Below are positions 1-12,847 of a stretch of 64,000 bases of DNA, one piece after another (positions within the stretch are counted from its first letter, which is position 1; each line of letters starts with the position of its first letter). Below the pieces are notes generated by a model. It was given only the letters and a program-made list of their open reading frames with translations, did not search any database and was not told the origin of the DNA. The position numbers and the translations under genes were made by a program. Source of the DNA: Eledone cirrhosa (Eukaryota); the NCBI GenBank assembly GCA_964016885.1, contig OZ024740.1, forward strand, positions 6,386,001 to 6,450,000. Direction: 5' to 3'.

Positions 1-1803
1 TGGCTGTGTTTCTATGGCTAGATACCCTTCCTATTACCAACCACACTACAACATGTACTGGCTGTGTTTCTATGGCTAGATACCCTTCCTATTACCAACC
101 ACACTACAACATGTACTGGCTGTGTTTCTATGGCTAGATACCCTTCCTATTACCAACCACACTACAACATCAACTGGCTGTGTTTCTATGGATAGATATC
201 CTTCTTATTACCAACCACACTACAACATGTACTGGCTGTGTTTCTATGGCTAGATACCCTTCCTATTACCAACCACACTACAACATGTACTGGCTGTGTT
301 TCTATGGCTAGATACCCTTCCTATTACCAACCACACTACAACATGTACTGGCTTTGTTTCTATGGCTAGATACCCTTCCTATTACCAAGCACACTACAAC
401 ATGTACTCGCTGTGTTTCTATAGCTAGATACCCTTCCTATTACCAACCACACTACAACATGTACTGGATGTGTTTCTATGGCTAGATACCCTTCCTATTA
501 CCAACCACACTACAACATGTAGTGGCTGTGTTTCTTTGGCTAGATACCCTTCCTATTACCAACCACACTACAGCATGTAGTGGCTGTTTATCTATGGCTA
601 GATACCCTTCCTATTACCAACCACACTACAACATGTACTGGCTTTGTTTCTATGGCTAGATACCCTTCCTATTACCAACCACACTACAGCATATAGTGGC
701 TGTTTATCTATGGCTAGATACCCTTCCTATTACCAACCACACTACAACATGTACTGGATGTGTTTCTATGGCTAGATACCCTTCCTATTACCAACCACAC
801 TACAACATGTAGTGGCTGTGTTTCTTTGGCTTGATACCCTTCCTATTACCAACCACACTACAGCATGTAGAGGCTGTTTATCTATGGCAAAATACCCTTC
901 CTATTACCAACCACACTACAACATGTACTGGCTGTGTTTCTATGGCTAGATGCCCTTCCTATTACCAACCACACTACAACATGTACTGGCTGTGTTTCTA
1001 TGGCTAGATACCCTTCCTATTACCAACCACACTACAACATGTACTGGCTTTGTTTCTATGGCTAGATACCCTTCCTATTACCAACCACACTACAACATGT
1101 ACTTGCTGTGTTTCTATAGCTACATACCCTTCCTATTACCAACCACACTACAACATGTATTGGCTGTGTTTCTATGCCGAGATACCCTTCCTATTACCAA
1201 CCACACTACAACATGTAGTGGCTGTGTTTCTATGGCTAGATATCCTTCTTATTACCAACCACAACAACATGTACTGGCTGTGTTTCTATGGCTAGATATC
1301 CTTCTTATTACCAACCACACTACAACATGTAGTGGCTGTGTTTCTATGGCTAGATATCCTTCTTATTACCAACCACACTACAACATGTACTGGCTGTGTT
1401 TCTATGGCTAGATATCCTTCTTATTACCAACCACACTACAACATGTAGTGGCTGTGTTTCTATGGCTAGATATCCTTCTTATTACCAACCACACTACAAC
1501 ATGTAGTGGCTGTGTTTCTATGGCTAGATATTCTTCCTATTACCAACCACACTACAACATGTAGTGGCTGTGTTTCTATGGCTAGATATCCTTCTTATTA
1601 CCAACCACACTACAACATGTACTGGCTGTGTTTCTATGGCTAGATATCCTTCCTATTACCAACCACACTACAACATGTAGTGGCTGTGTTTCTATGGCTA
1701 GATACCCTTCCTATTACCAACCACACTACAACATGTACTGGCAGTGTTTCTATGGCTAGATACCCTTCCTATTACCAACCACTCTACAACATGTACTCGC
1801 TCT
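1..1803. repeat. 58-bp tandem minisatellite (~31 copies, runs off the window start), derived from the LINE/SINE 3' module
   Basis: Unit tggctgtgtttctatggctagatacccttcctattaccaaccacactacaacatgtac restarts at 59, 117 etc. It resembles the dispersed gtttctatggctagatacctttcctaacaccaaccactttaca at ~60390. Confidence 0.95.
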
Positions 1804-2099
1804 GTTTCCTTTGTAGATCTCCAACATATACATATTTGTTGTTACTGAAATGCTCATTAAATTCAATTAGTGTCTCTGACTCCTTAACATCAACACGTGA
1901 TCCAGATAAACTATTAGGGACTAATATGCCCCTAAATTATATTCTCTATCTTGTTTTCTCCCAGGCATCTGAACGAGGAGGACAGTTTTATCTCTGCGAA
2001 AACATCGGTAACGCAGAGACAAGTCAAACTGTTGATAGAAACAATTTCAACTACCACATTATCTTTTGACTGCTATGTTCTTTCATTTGTAACCACACT

Positions 2100-2130
<31 letters not shown>

Positions 2131-2500
2131 GTGTGAGTGTGTGTGTGTGTGTATATACATATATTGATATGTGTGTGTCTGTCTGTTTGTTTGTTTGTGT
2201 GCATGTAAGTTTGTATGTATGTATATATATATGTATATGTGTGTGTTTGTTTGTGTATATATGTATATGTGTGTGTATATATGTATGTAAAGTATTTGTT
2301 ACAAAATGTGTGCACAGAAAAAAGAGTTTGGTGAACAGGATAATAAGGTAATTTGAAATGTAATTATATACAATAAATCTCATATATAATGTTTCATGGC
2401 AGCATATATAAATAACAGAATATATAAAATGCATATCTATGTACATAGGTATATATATGTGTTTGTATGTGCTCATGTGATTGTATATTCATATATATAC

Positions 2501-3708
2501 ATCATCATCATCATCATCATCACCGTTTTACATCCGTTCTTCCATGCTAGCATGAGTTAGACGGGTTGTCCTGTTGTGTGCAGTGTCTAGTCGGCTGACC
2601 TTGTCTTGCTTATACAGGAACTGATTTGGCTTGATTTCTACAGCTGGATGCCCTTCCCAACACCAACCTCATTTATAGTGAGTGCTGGGTGCTTTTTCGT
2701 GGTGCCTACACGTCCACTTTACAGTGTGGGCTGGGTGCTTTTTTGCCGTGGCACCTCCACGACCACCTTGCAGTGGGAGGGTGTGGGGGCATATTGTCTA
2801 TATGCTTAAGCTTGTACTCATAGGAGGTCGGGTACTCTGTACTACTGCGTGAACACCTGTTTCTGGTCCTCACGTTGCAAAACATGCTTAAATTTTCTAT
2901 CCTCTGCTTCCCTTCTAGCTAAGTATACTTCTCGCCTAGCTTCCCTCTTGGTCTCTATGTAATGTACCCTGCTCCCCCCTTTCTTCCATTCTTTCCATGC
3001 CTGTCTCTTGGCCTTAACTGCCTCATCTACCTAATTGTTCCACCACCAAGTCACTCTCCTCCTGCTTGTGGTCTTACTCCAGCCACAGACCTCATCCGTC
3101 GCCTCTAGTAAGTTATTTTTTAGGAACTCCCAGTGCTGTTCTACATTGAATGTCTCTATCTGTTCTTCTTTACTGTCGTAGGCATTGAGTAAAATATCTT
3201 TAAATCTGTTACTGGCTGAGGGGTCTTTCAGCTTCCAGATCTTTCTTCTCCAGGTTGGCCTCTGTTTCCAGGTTTGTCTTGTTCTGACCGTGAGGTCGCT
3301 GACAACTAAGCTATGTTGGGAGTTACATTCCTCACTAGGGAAGGCTTTTGTGTTTACGACCGTCCATCTGTCACATCCTCTGATGAGGATAAAATCTATC
3401 TGACTAGAGTGCTCCCCTGATCTATAGGTGATCAGGTGGTTGTCGGGTTATTTGAAGTTTGTGTTACATATCGACATGTCATTGCCGTCGCAGAATTCTA
3501 GAAGTCTGAATCCTTCTTCATTTCTTGTGCCAACCCCATGGCCTCCATGGACTCTATTGAAGCCGTCGCAGTGTTTACCTACATGTCTGTTAAAATCTCC
3601 TGCGATGATTAGGAAGTCATTGTGGTTTGTTAGAGCAGTAGTGTGCAATAGGGACTCGTAAAATCTATCCTTAAGTTCGTCTAGCAACCCCGATTGGGGT
3701 GCGTAATA

Positions 3709-3710
<2 letters not shown>
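2501..3710 (-). mobile_element. Fragments of RTE-like LINE-A: 3' module with (GAT)n tail (2501-2855) and decayed APE endonuclease/linker (2857-3705)
   Basis: Minus ORF 3448-3687 has IIAGDFNRHVG...GTRNEEGFRLLEFC (APE endonuclease motifs); the gaagggcatccagctgtagaaa module is on the minus strand. Confidence 0.8.
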
Positions 3711-3751
<41 letters not shown>

Positions 3752-3882
3752 AATCTGAGGTTTTCAAATATTAATAATAACATTCGATTCGTTTGCAATT
3801 ATGCAAACAAGCCTAAATTTTATAGCCATGTCAGTAGAATGAACCCTTCATTCTTGCTCTTGTGTTATATATATATATATAT

Positions 3883-4226
3883 ATCATCATCATCATCATC
3901 ATTTTACGTTCGCTTTTCCCTGCTTGCAAGGGTGGGACGGGAACTGATTCTGGCTTGATTTCTACAGCTGGATGCCCTTCCTAACACCAACCTCATTTAC
4001 AGTGAGTGCTGGGTGCTGTTTTTCCGTGGCACCTCCACGACCACTTTGCAGTGGAATGATAGGGACCCCAGTTCCTATCATCTCATTTCTACAGCTGAGT
4101 AAACTGGAGCAATGTGAAATAAAGTGTCTTGCTCAAGGAAACAACACATCACCCGGTCTGAGAATTGAACTCGCAACCTTTCGATTGCAAGGCCAATGCT
4201 CTAACCACTAAGCCTTGTGCCTCCAT
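3883..4226 (-). mobile_element. tRNA-derived CORE-like SINE with LINE-A-type tail
   Basis: Reverse complement of the copy at 21239-21575, with A/B-box head, CORE-like block and (GAT)n tail. Confidence 0.8.
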
Positions 4227-4261
4227 AGATTATATATAGATATGTATATGTATATATATAT

Positions 4262-6055
4262 ATCATCATCATCATCATCACTGTTTTACGTCCGTTCTTC
4301 CATTTAGCATGGGTTAGAAGGGTTGTCCTGTTGTGGGCAGTGTCCGGTCGGCTAACCATTCCTTGCTCATAAGGGAACTGATTCTGGCTTGATTTCTACA
4401 GCTGGATGCCCTTCCTAACACCAACCTCATTTACGGTGACTGCTGGGTGCTTTTGTTCTTGGCGCCTACATGTCAAATTTACAGTGTGGGCTGGGTGCTT
4501 TTTTGCTGTGGCCCCTCCACGACCACTTTGCAGTGGGAGGGTTTTGGGTCTTCTGTATTACTGCATGATGCCAGAGGTCACGGTCGTGTGCCATTGCCTT
4601 TGAGAGGTGTAATTGGGTAAGGTCGGCTTTTATCACCTCATCCCAGGTCATCTTGGGTCTCCTCACTCTGCGGTTTCCATCGACTTCTAGTGCTCTGCAC
4701 CTTTTTATGCAGCTGTCATCCTTCATACACATCACATGCCCATACCAACGCAACCAACTCTCCTGCACACAGCATTTTATTCCTTTTGTGCTCAGTTTCT
4801 CTCTCAATTCATTTATGCTTTGTCGTTCACGTATATTACTATTACACATCCATCGGAGCATGCAGGCTTTGTTTCTTTCTAATCTGCGTAAGTCTTCCAC
4901 ACACAACGCCCAGGTCTCACTACCATGTAACATTGCTGTTTCTATACATGCATCATACAGTCTGCCATTCATTTTGAGGGAAAAGTCTTTTGCAGCTAGC
5001 AGTGGTAGTAGTTCCCGGAACTTCTTCCATGCCGTTCTTACCCTAGTTACTGTACTTTCCGAACACCCACCTCCGCTGTTAATTCGGTCACCTAGGTAGC
5101 AGAAGCTGTCTACTGTTTCTACAGAGCTCTTCCAGAGTTTGGTGGTACTTGTTTCCTGTGGCCGTTTGCTGCTTGCTGTCCCAGCACAGCTGCTACACGT
5201 GAAGCCTACATTCTTAGTTAAGCTTCCTGAGATCCTGCTACATCTCTTGTGTACCCATTGTTTGCATTTGGGGCAGAGAATGGAGTTCCTACCTACACCT
5301 TTCCTACATACTGAGCAAGCCCATTTCCCTGAGGGGATCTGGGTTCTGTTTTCTAGTCTACTTAAAAGGAGCTTAGTCTTTGTCAAGTTGACTTTGAGAC
5401 CCTTTCTTTCTAGTCTCTGCTTCCAAGTTTGGAATTTCTTCTCTAGTTCTACCATAGATTCAGCTATAAGTGCGAGGTCATCTGCATACAGGTGTTCCCA
5501 TGGGCATCCAGTCTTAAACTCCTCTGTTATTGCCTGCAAAACTATAATGAACAGGAGAGGGTTAAGAACAGAGCCCTGGTGAACACCGACCTGTATGCTA
5601 AATTCCTCGCTATAGTCATTGCTAACCCTAACTTTGCTGACTGCTCCCCTATACATGGCTTGTACAGCTTTCACAAGCCATTCATCTACTCCTAATTTTC
5701 TAAGAACCCCCCAGATTATAGCACAGGGAACTCTGCCAAAGGCTTTCTCGAGATCGACGAATGCCAGGTTGAGCGGCTTACTTTTAGCTAGGTACTTTTC
5801 CTGTAACTGCCTCACAAGGAAGAGAGCATTAGTGGTGCCTTTTCCTGTCACAAACCCAAATTGCATCTCATTTAGTTTCACCTGGTCCCTAATCAACTGT
5901 GCTATAACTCATTCCATTACTTTCATGGTCCATCAGTTTTATACCTCTATAGTTTCCTCTATCTAGTGCATCACCTTTACCTTTGTATCAGTTGACAATG
6001 ATGCTGCTGCACCAATCGTTTGGTATGACACCTTCTAGTATTACCTGGTTAACAA
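4262..6055 (-). mobile_element. 5'-truncated LINE-A: RT, PHD-like finger, C-terminal region and long 3' module
   Basis: ORF 4466-5896 has QFGF, AFVDLEKAF, GVHQGSVL, LYADD, a C4HC3 finger, FCYLG and LHGSETW; (GAT)n tail at 4262. Confidence 0.9.
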
Positions 6056-6140
6056 TATATATATATATGTCTATATATATATATATATATATTGTTTCTA
6101 TATATATATATGTCTATATATATATATAGAGAGAGAGAGA

Positions 6141-6330
6141 AACGAGTAGGACACCAACGGCTGAGCTCAAGCCATTTCGACGGCTAATTCTGGACGCCAG
6201 AATTAGCCGTCGAAACGGCTTGAGCTCAGCCGTCGGGGTCCTACTCGTTCCTATTACCCACTCTACTACCCTAAGTATTGAGTACTTTGGTGCGTTATGG
6301 TCCACCTGGTTCCTTACCACATTTCCTTTG

Positions 6331-6332
<2 letters not shown>
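6141..6332 (+). mobile_element. Small fold-back insert in (TA)n carrying the 3' half of a hammerhead ribozyme (Penelope pLTR-like remnant)
   Basis: Near-perfect hairpin 6141-6249 with loop acg (6194-6196). The right arm reads GAAAC-GGCT-loop-AGCC-GTC. Confidence 0.55.
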
Positions 6333-6369
<37 letters not shown>

Positions 6370-6373
6370 TATG

Positions 6374-6407
<34 letters not shown>

Positions 6408-6421
6408 TATGTGTATATATA

Positions 6422-7015
6422 GGTGATGGTGGTAGTGGTGGTGATGGTGGTGGTGGTGATGTTGGTGGTGGTGTTGGTGGTGATGTTGGTGGTGGTGTTG
6501 GTGGTGATATTGGTGGTGGTGTTGGTGGTGATGTTGGTGGTGGTGTTGATGGTGCTGGCGTTGATGGTGGTGGTGGTGGTGTTGATGGTGGTGTTGATGG
6601 TGGTGGTGGTGGTGGTGGTGGTGTTGATGGTGGTGGTGGTAGTGGTGGTAGTGGTGGTGAAGGTGGTGATGGTGATGGTAGTGGTGGTGGTGGTGTTGAT
6701 GGTGGTGGTAGGGGTGGTGGTGGTGGTGTTAGGGGTGGTGGTGGTGGTGGTGGTGGTGGTGGTGGTGGTGTTGTTGGTGGTGGTGTTGATGGTGGTGGTG
6801 GTAGTGGTGGTGAATGTGGTGATGGTGAATGTAGTGGTGGTGGTAGTTGTGGTGTTGATGGTGGTGGTAGGGGTGGTGGTGGTGATGGTGGTGGTGTTGA
6901 TGGTGCTGGTGGTAGTGGTGGTAGTGGTGGTGAATGTGGTGATGGTGATGGTAGTGGTTATGATGATAGTGGTGGTGGTGATGTTGATGTTAGTGATGGT
7001 TATGGTGATGATGAA
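6422..7015. repeat. (GGT)n/(GAT)n degenerate trinucleotide microsatellite
   Basis: Directly visible; source of spurious Gly/Val/Thr ORFs. Confidence 0.95.
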
Positions 7016-7609
7016 TATCTCCAATAGTATTATTTTGTTTCCATTGTTTCATGTTTTCTATTCTAATTAAATGAAATCATCTGGAAAGGAAAGCAAGATA
7101 TAATACCGTTATTACGTAATGTTATCTATTTGAAATGTCTGTAAAGATATAATGTCAATAAATGGACTAGAAAACACAAAATATGTAGTAGATAAATATT
7201 GACATGGCACAGACATTATATGTTATAGTAATTCTCTCTGAATAATGGAGAAAAATATTCTGCTTCGATGATTTATCTAACAACAAACCCCATATTTGAA
7301 AATAATTCCACTATTATATATATTTTGATTTGGTAGAGTTGCAAGAACATTAGATATTTGTTCCAGCATTCTCTGAGGTTTCTACACAGCCAAGGTTCAC
7401 TTTATCTTTCTATCATTTGGAATCGATATATAAAGTACTAGTGGTGAATATGGTAGAGTTGTTAGAATGTCCGATAGAATGTGATGTGGCATTCGTTGCA
7501 GTACTCTGCATTCTGAGTTCAAATCCCATGGAGGTCAATTTTGCCTTTCATCCTTTTCGAGGTCAATAAAACAGTACCAGTATTGACTCAATTCATCCTC
7601 ATCCTTTTT

Positions 7610-7990
7610 ACATCTATTTTTCCCAGCTCTCATGGTTTTGATGAGTCATTCACAGCCCAGCAACTCTCCAAACACTGCATTCCTTCGTCATCTTCTCTGT
7701 GGGTTTCAGTGATTTGAGATCAGCTCTTACCACCTCTGCCCAGGTCATATTTCATCTACCTTTACTGTCACTTCTTTCTACTGGCATTTCCTGGCATTTC
7801 TTCATCCAGTAATCATCCTCCATGTGCAGCACATACCTGTTCCAATACAGTCTTCTCTCCTGTATACCACTTCAGATTCCTCTTAAACCCAGTTTCTCGC
7901 TCAGTTCATCCAAGCTCTGCCTTTCTCTTACATTTACATTGTACATCCAACGAAGCATGGTTTCTTCATTTCTCTCTAATCTAAGCATGA
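7610..7990 (-). mobile_element. Decayed LINE-A 3' fragment leading into the 47-bp array
   Basis: Reverse complement resembles LERNE..MLRWM.N...RLYW..WAEVVRADL seen at 63360-63700. Confidence 0.7.
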
Positions 7991-9330
7991 CCTCTGCAGT
8001 CACAGCCCATGTTTCACTACCATGTAGCACCACATGTCATCTGCAGTCACCTCCCATGTTTCACTACCATGTAGTACCACATGTCCTCTGCAGTCACAGC
8101 CCATGTTTCACTACCATGTAGTACCACATGACCTCTGCAGTCACAGCCCATGTTTCACTACCATGTAGCACCACATGTCCTCTGTAGTCACATCCCATAT
8201 TTCACTATCATGTAGCACCATATGTCCTCTGCAGTCACATCCCATGTTTCACTACCATGTAGCACCACATGTCCTCTGTAGTCACAGCCCATGTTTCACT
8301 AACATGTAATACCACATGTCCTCTGTAGTCACATCCCATATTTCACTATCATGTAGCACCATATGTCCTCTGCAGTCACATCCCATGTTTCACTACCATG
8401 TAATACCACATGTCCTCTGCAGTCACAGCCCATGTTTCACTACCATGTAGTACCACATGGCCTCTGCAATCACAGCCCATGTTTCACTACCATGTAGCAC
8501 TACATGTCCTCTGCAGTCACAACCCATGTTTCACTACCATGTAGCACCACATGTCCTCTGCAGTCACATCCCATGTTTCACTACCATGTAGTACCACAAG
8601 TCCTCTGCAGTCACATCCCATGTTATCACTACCATGTAGCACCACATGTCCTCTGCAGTCACCTCCCATGTTTCACTACCATGTAGTACCACATGTGCTC
8701 TGCAGTCACATCCCATGTTTCACTACCATGCAGTACCACATGACCTCTGCAGTCACATCCCATGTTTCACTACCATGTAGCACAACACGTCCTCTGCAGT
8801 CACAGCCCATGTTTCACTACCATGTAGCACCACATGTCCTCTGCAGTCACAGCCCATGTTTCACTACCATGTAGTACCACGTGACCTCTGCAGTCACAGT
8901 CCATGTTTCACTACCATGTAGCACCACATGTCCTCTGTAGTCACATCCCATATTTCACTATCATGTAGCAACATATGTCCTCTGCAGTCACATCCCATGT
9001 TTCACTACCATGTAATACCACATGTCCTCTGCAGTCACAGCCCATGTTTCATTACCATGTAGTACCACATGACCTCTGCAGTCACAGCCCATGTTTCACT
9101 ACCATGTAGTACCACATGACCTCTGCAGTCACATCCCATGTTTCACTACCATGTAGCACTACATGTCCTCTCAGTCACAACCCATGTTTCACTACCATGT
9201 AGCACCACATGTCCTCTGCAGTCACATCCCATGTTTCACTACCATGTAGTACCACATGTCCTCTGCAGTCACCGCCCATGTTTCACTACCATGTAGCACC
9301 ACATGTCCTCTGCAGTCATTCCCCATGTTT
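7986..9330. repeat. 47-bp minisatellite (~28 copies) amplified from LINE-A coding sequence
   Basis: Unit catgtcctctgcagtcacagcccatgtttcactaccatgtagcacca; its reverse complement encodes VLHGSETWAVTAEDM. Confidence 0.93.
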
Positions 9331-10304
9331 CTCTACTGTGCAGATTCTATAACTCTTTCTTATTTCCTCTTTCTCATTTACCATCATCACCATCATGTTA
9401 CTGCCACTGATCGATGCTTTCAAGGGTTGGCATGGGGTGGATGCCAACCCTTGATAAATCAACTCAGCCAGGTTTAAAATGCCCAAGGTGTGACATATAT
9501 CACTATGGTGCTTCTAAGACTCCATCAGGAATTACATGTCCATATATACATACAAACAAAGCTCCAGTATATTACTAGTACTGCTTTCTCTCCTTCCAGT
9601 TCTTGCATCCTGGATATTCCACTGGATGTAGGGGGTGGGGGTGCTGATGGTGGGAGTGGTAATGATGGTGGTATGTATGACTGTAATGATGTTGATGATG
9701 ATGATGATGATGGTGGTGATGTGTGCCTGTCTGTCTGTTTGTCCATGTTTGTGTTTGTGTGTCAGTCTTTCTCTGTCTATATGTATGTATGTATCAGTGC
9801 ATGGTTTTCTCTGTGTGTGTGCGTGTGTGTGTGCTTGTCTGTTTTTTCTGTGTACATGTATGTTTCTCTCAGTGTGCTTGTCTGTCTCTATGTGTATGTG
9901 AGTGTGTATGTGTACGTGTGTTGCTAATCATGTGAGCTGATCACCTGACTATAAGAGACCTATTAGCTGTATTGTGAGTGATATTTCAAATTGTTGCTAA
10001 TTATATCAACACGCTTTCTTTAGATTAATTCCACTCCTAGCTGTCATTTTTTTTCTCTCTCATCAGAATAAAATATGGAATATATCAGAGTGCTTCCAAG
10101 TCAGATGTAGTGTTAGCAATACTAGCATTTTTCATATATTATCTTGTAATGTACCTGGTTACATCCGCAGTGGTGTTATCAGGGGTCATTGGAAGGTTCA
10201 TGTCTTTCAGTAGTCAGATATCTTTACTTAAGCAACACAGCCAGAGTTGATGAAGATCTCGCTTCGCTCCAGGTGGCACTTTTTTACTTTTTCTTCCATG
10301 ATAC

Positions 10305-10590
10305 AAAAAGTACCCAGCCCACACTGTAAAGTGGTTGTGTAGGTGTCACGATAAAAAGCACCCAGTCCACACTGTAAAGTGGTCATGTAGGAGACACAAC
10401 AAAAAGTGCCCAGCCCACAATGTAAATGTGGTTGGCACTAGGAAGGGCATCCAGCCATAGAAACCAAGTGAGAAATAGTTCTGTGAGAGCAAGATACGGT
10501 CACCGGACCCAACTTGCCATAAATGGGACAACCTGTCTAACCCATGCTAACATGGGAAATAGACATTAATCGATGATGATGATGATGATT
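10305..10590 (+). mobile_element. Solo LINE-A/SINE 3' module with (GAT)n tail
   Basis: Repeated cactgtaaagtgg...aaaaagcacccag subunits, ggaagggcatccagcc, acccatgctaacatgg and gatgatgat. Confidence 0.75.
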
Positions 10591-10711
10591 CACTTCTTCT
10601 GATCTATAGCCACCTTGAAGCTACTTCTGCTTCAAATGCTGTTAATGCCACATCAAAGTGCTCCCAACTCACACCTCACACACCTCCTGTGGTTTCAGCA
10701 TACTTCCACCG

Positions 10712-11320
10712 AAGCTGGTAGAGAAATTCAATTATCTTTGGGTGGTGTTCACAAGTGATGGAAGGCAGGAGGCTGAATTAAGTGCAAGAAATGCAGGAGC
10801 TGGTGCAGTAATGCACCAGTTTCAGCATTCTGTAATCAGAGGAAGAGAGGGAGGTGTAAAAGCCAATCTTGCTGTCTTCAATTGGGTATTCATGCCAACC
10901 CTTACCTATGGTCATAAATGTTGGGTAATGACTGAAAGAATATGATCATGAATACAAGTGGCTGAAATAGGATTGCTCTGAGGTGTCTTTGGAGTAACTC
11001 GGAGATGAGAGAGTCACTCCAGGTAGAGCTGCTACTTCTCTGAATTGAGAGATCAGTTCCGATACTATGGACATGTGGTTAGAATGTCTCAGGAAAGAAT
11101 AGCTGGACAGATTTTACGGGAACAACCAACTGACAGGAGACCCAGGAGTAGACCCCGAGCAAGATAGTTGCATACCATCCATGAGCTTGGTTGGTCTCAC
11201 ATGGGGATCCAGCTGGATCAGTTAGAGACGGTTGTTTCTGACAGGACCCGCTGGAAGGAGTGTTTGAGGACTCTGCTCCACGACCCTGTCAGGATTAAGT
11301 GGGTGAAGAAGAAGAAGAAG
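10712..11320 (+). mobile_element. 3' fragment of an Expander/Rex3-like RTE LINE with (GAA)n tail
   Basis: Translates as VEKFNYL..VFTSDGRQEAEL...PTLTYGHKCWVMTER, which I recognise as the Expander/Rex3 post-RT motif; stops and frameshifts follow; tail gaagaagaag. Confidence 0.7.
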
Positions 11321-11460
11321 CACCTGTAATTAAAAGGGCCTGCCTTGTTACACACTCTTCTGTGGATGAGGATTGTTTAGTCTACTGCAGTAGATAATTA
11401 ATGATATTGATGAGGCAAAATTATTATTATGTTTTAATAATAATTTTGATAAAATATCAG

Positions 11461-11823
11461 TCATCATCATCACCATCATCATCACCATCATCATCATCAC
11501 CATCATCACCACCACCATCACCATCATCATCATCACCATCACCATCATCACCATCACCATCATCATCATCACCATCACCATCACCATCATCACCATCACC
11601 ATCACCATTACCACCATCATCACCAACATCATCACCATCACAATCATCATCAACACCATCACCATCATCACCACCCTCATCACCATCACCATCAACACCA
11701 TCATCATCACCACCACCATCATCATCATCACTATCACCATCATCATCCTCATCAACACCATCACCATCACCATCACCATCATCACTATCACCATCACCAT
11801 CACCATCATCACCATCATCATCA
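11461..11823. repeat. (CAT/CAC)n microsatellite
   Basis: Directly visible. Confidence 0.95.
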
Positions 11824-12064
11824 GTGTGTAGTATATATATCTATGAGATATAAGATATATTATGAGAGGCAATTGTTGTTTTATTGTGATAAAATGTCTG
11901 GTAGAAACCACCTCCTCCTCTTCATCATAAGCAGTAGCATCATCACCTCCTCCTACTCCACCCTCCTCCTCCACCTCCTCCTCAACTTTCTCATCATCAT
12001 CATCATCAGCAGCAGCAGCAGTAGCATTATTAACATTATTTTTACACATGTTTTACAATACTAA

Positions 12065-12745
12065 CATGGACATTCAGCGTGGACTCTTTTGGCCTCCACC
12101 CACGTCACCACAGTGGCGCCTTCCACGCCAAGCTGACCTCAACGAGGTCATAAATCATGGATTGGATGCTGCAGGCTTCCCTTCCCAGCTTGAGCCGGTG
12201 GGGCTGGACCGAGGGGATGGCAAAAGGCCAGACGGCATGACCATCTTCCCGTTCCGCGGTGGCAAACCAACACTTTCTGCAGCTGCAACCTGGTGCAGTC
12301 TGCGACTAACCCAGGTTCTGCTGCACGCCGGGCTGAGGAGGCCAAACTCTTCAAATACCGGTCAGTCTCTGACAGGTTTGCGGTTGTACCCTTGACTGTG
12401 GAGACTTCTGGTGTCCTCGGCCCTAGGGCTACCTCCCTACTCACCACCACAGGGGCTGAGCTAGCTACCCCTAGCAGTAGAGACTTCTGGTGTACTCGGC
12501 CCTAGGGCTACCTCCCTACTCACCACCATAGGGGCTGAGCTGGCTACCCCTAGCAGTGAAGACCTCTGGTGTCCTCGACCCTAGGGCTATCTCCCTACTC
12601 ACCGCGATAGGTGATGAGCTGGCCAGCTGCAGGTGTGAGTCTCACAAGTTCGAATGGCTTTTCCAGCACGACTCCCTTACCATCCTCCGGGGAAACACCT
12701 TCTCCATTCTGTCTGCCAGGGCTGTGGGGAGGTCACCAATATGAT
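12065..12745 (+). mobile_element. 3' fragment of a CRE-like non-LTR element (restriction-like endonuclease domain) with an internal 79-bp triplication
   Basis: LEPVGLDRGDGKRPDGMT...AEEAKLFKY...PLTVETSGVLG...LRGN; repeat units start at 12398, 12477 and 12556. Confidence 0.75.
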
Positions 12746-12847
12746 TGACTGATTTGTCATTTAATCAGTCAGATGTTCCAGCAGAGGTCTAGAAAAATCT
12801 AAGAAACAATTAAATACTAATATGACTTGGATATTTTGAGACATTTA

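Noticed and set aside
1965-2070. Possible exon after ttgttttctcccag
   Set aside because: No kinesin or other motif in any frame and no convincing donor.
6278-7070. Gly-, Val- and Thr-rich ORFs (also 11348-12049, 36696-37104, 52051-52803, 53457-54149)
   Set aside because: Translations of microsatellites that are open in several frames on both strands, with no splice or domain support.
10067-10250. Possible exon with a strong acceptor and a hydrophobic 60-codon frame
   Set aside because: No recognisable homology, and a phase-1 join from the kinesin upstream exon would hit an immediate stop. It needs RNA-seq.
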